A stretch of 64,000 bases of DNA from an uncultured Planctomycetaceae bacterium (GTDB taxonomy: Bacteria > Planctomycetota > Planctomycetia > Isosphaerales > Isosphaeraceae), in contig CAWIAD010000002.1 of assembly GCA_963833985.1 (NCBI GenBank), positions 1,536,001-1,600,000 of the forward strand, given 5' to 3'. Below, piece after piece: positions 62,560 to 64,000 of the stretch (its first letter is position 1; every line of letters begins with the position of its first letter). Below the pieces are notes generated by a model. That model saw only the letters and a list, made by a program, of their open reading frames with translations. It had not been told where the DNA came from and searched no databases. Position numbers and translations under genes: made by a program.

Positions 62560-64000
62560 TTCTACTGTATCCTGGGGTTGACGAACTGTAAGGTTTTTTC
62601 TGATATTCGCTTCCGTCAAGGATATTACAAGGAAGCGAGGGCGTCATGGATCGACGATACGAAGCACGGTTGGCTGACATGCTGGCACAATCGCAGGTGT
62701 CGCCTGACTTGGTCGATGGTCTGCTGGAACGGTTGGACGTCTTCATCGAGCCGTTCGCTGCGACCCTGAGTGAACCTGAACAACATCGACATGCAACCGA
62801 GTACGTTACCGGTCTGCTGTCGAAGCTTGAGCACAAGACCGGCGAGGGAATCGCTTATCTCCACGATCAAGAACGACAAGGAATCCAAAAGTTCATCGGG
62901 CACGTGCCATGGGATCATCAACCCCTGCTCACGATCCTGGCGCAGCAGGTCGGCGAGCAACTGGGCGAGAAGGATGGGGTGATTATCTTCGACCCTTCGG
63001 GCTTCCCCAAGAAAGGGACTATGTCGGTGGGCGTCGCGCGGCAGTGGTGCGGCCGGCTGGGGAAGGTTGAGAACTGTCAGGTTGGCGTCTACATGGCTTA
63101 TGCGTCTAGAAAAGAGCATACGATTACCAATGTAAGGCTTTACTTGCCCAAGGAATGGGCCAAGGATCGCGACCGCCGGAACAAGGCTGGCGTCCCCAAG
63201 TCCATCAAGTTCCAGACGCGCCATCAATTGGCCCTGGCGATGCTGGATGAGCAAGGTGGGTTGCTGCCACACGCGTGGGTGGCGGGGGACGATGAAATGG
63301 GCCGTCCCGCGAGTTTTCGCCAGGCGTTGAGGGAGCGGGGGGAGCAGTATCTGTTGGCGGTTCCGTCGAACACGACGATCCGCGATCTGGAGGCACCGCC
63401 ACCGGAATATGGGGGGCGGGGTCAACCCCCCAAGGCTCCTTTCATGCGTGTGGATCATTGGCGTGCGGCCCTGCCGGAATCGGCGTGGACGAGGCTCGAC
63501 GTCCGTGATGGCGAGAAGGGACCTTTGGTGGTCGACGCGATCAAGCGGCGCGTCCAATCTCGAGGACCGGGCAATCGTGCAGGTTTCGAGGAGGTCCTCT
63601 TCATCACGCGTGAGCAACAGGCCGATGGAACAGTTAAACATGATTATTATTTATCAAATAGTAAAGCCGAAACTCCGTTGATCGAATTTGGCCGGGTGGC
63701 CAAACTGGCGCATCGGATCGAGGAGTGCCTGGAGCGGGGCAAAGGGGAGGCGGGCCTGGCCGATTACCAGGTGCGGAACTGGATCGCCTGGCATCACCAT
63801 CAAACCATGTCGCTCGTGGCCGCGTGGTTCCTGAATCAGGAGACGCGGCGGGGAAAAAATACAGACACCGGCATTGACGTCACCGCGGTTGCGGCAACTG
63901 ATCGCAGGGATCATCGAGGAACGTCTCAACGTCAACAGCCCCGAGAAGCTCTCCCGGTGCACCACACGTTGGTTGGAACGCAACGAGCTCGCCCGATTCT
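62560..64000 (+). mobile_element. IS701-family insertion sequence (right end outside window)
   Basis: Begins TTCTACTGT immediately after CTAG, with a drop in GC. Transposase ORF from 62646. Confidence 0.85.
62646..64000 (+). CDS. IS701-family DDE transposase (runs off the window; absent from the ORF track)
   Basis: MDRRYEARL..., FDPSGFPKKGTMSVGVARQWCGRLGKVENCQVGV, VAGDDEMG, HRIEECLERGKGEAGLADYQVRNW.AWHHH. No stop before 64000. Confidence 0.92.
   Translation, partial: MDRRYEARLADMLAQSQVSPDLVDGLLERLDVFIEPFAATLSEPEQHRHATEYVTGLLSKLEHKTGEGIAYLHDQERQGIQKFIGHVPWDHQPLLTILAQQVGEQLGEKDGVIIFDPSGFPKKGTMSVGVARQWCGRLGKVENCQVGVYMAYASRKEHTITNVRLYLPKEWAKDRDRRNKAGVPKSIKFQTRHQLALAMLDEQGGLLPHAWVAGDDEMGRPASFRQALRERGEQYLLAVPSNTTIRDLEAPPPEYGGRGQPPKAPFMRVDHWRAALPESAWTRLDVRDGEKGPLVVDAIKRRVQSRGPGNRAGFEEVLFITREQQADGTVKHDYYLSNSKAETPLIEFGRVAKLAHRIEECLERGKGEAGLADYQVRNWIAWHHHQTMSLVAAWFLNQETRRGKNTDTGIDVTAVAATDRRDHRGTSQRQQPREALPVHHTLVGTQRARPI

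Noticed and set aside
62625..63641. 338-aa minus-strand ORF
   Set aside because: Antisense to the IS701 transposase, which the track omits because it has no stop inside the window.

Overview
High-GC bacterial window. The protein families and IS types suggest Planctomycetota, possibly Isosphaeraceae (inference). It has five zones. (1) 1-4.8 kb: secreted beta-helix and beta-propeller proteins and a Tat-signal aldo/keto reductase. (2) 5.6-11.6 kb: a decayed mobile hotspot with REP-like repeats, an RHS remnant, an intact IS4 with an 11-bp target duplication, a Tn3 remnant, a tandem ~158-bp repeat and a TPR remnant. It surrounds an intact AbiEi/AbiEii type IV toxin-antitoxin pair whose promoter is overlapped by a perfect 19-bp inverted repeat. 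(3) 11.7-40.8 kb: secreted hydrolases and sugar-modifying enzymes, many with Tat signals. This zone contains a 7-gene corrinoid methyl-transfer operon (RACo activator, three UroD/MtaA-like methyltransferases, corrinoid protein, homocysteine S-methyltransferase, DUF1638). It also contains a RAYT transposase beside a CRISPR-like array of eight GTAG-REP repeats with 71-bp period, and two copies of a ~140-bp MITE-like element. (4) 41.9-62.6 kb: two divergent operons, one PoxB/enolase/FAD-FeS oxidoreductase/DUF296/SDR/YciF and one glycosyltransferase/heptose/carbamoyltransferase. (5) From 62.56 kb: an IS701 inserted at the CTAG that contains the last gene's stop codon. Twelve frameshifts in 11 otherwise intact genes fall mostly at (GC)n tracts and look like systematic sequencing errors. 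No tRNA, rRNA or cas genes were recognised. All family assignments come from motif recognition by eye, without database searches.
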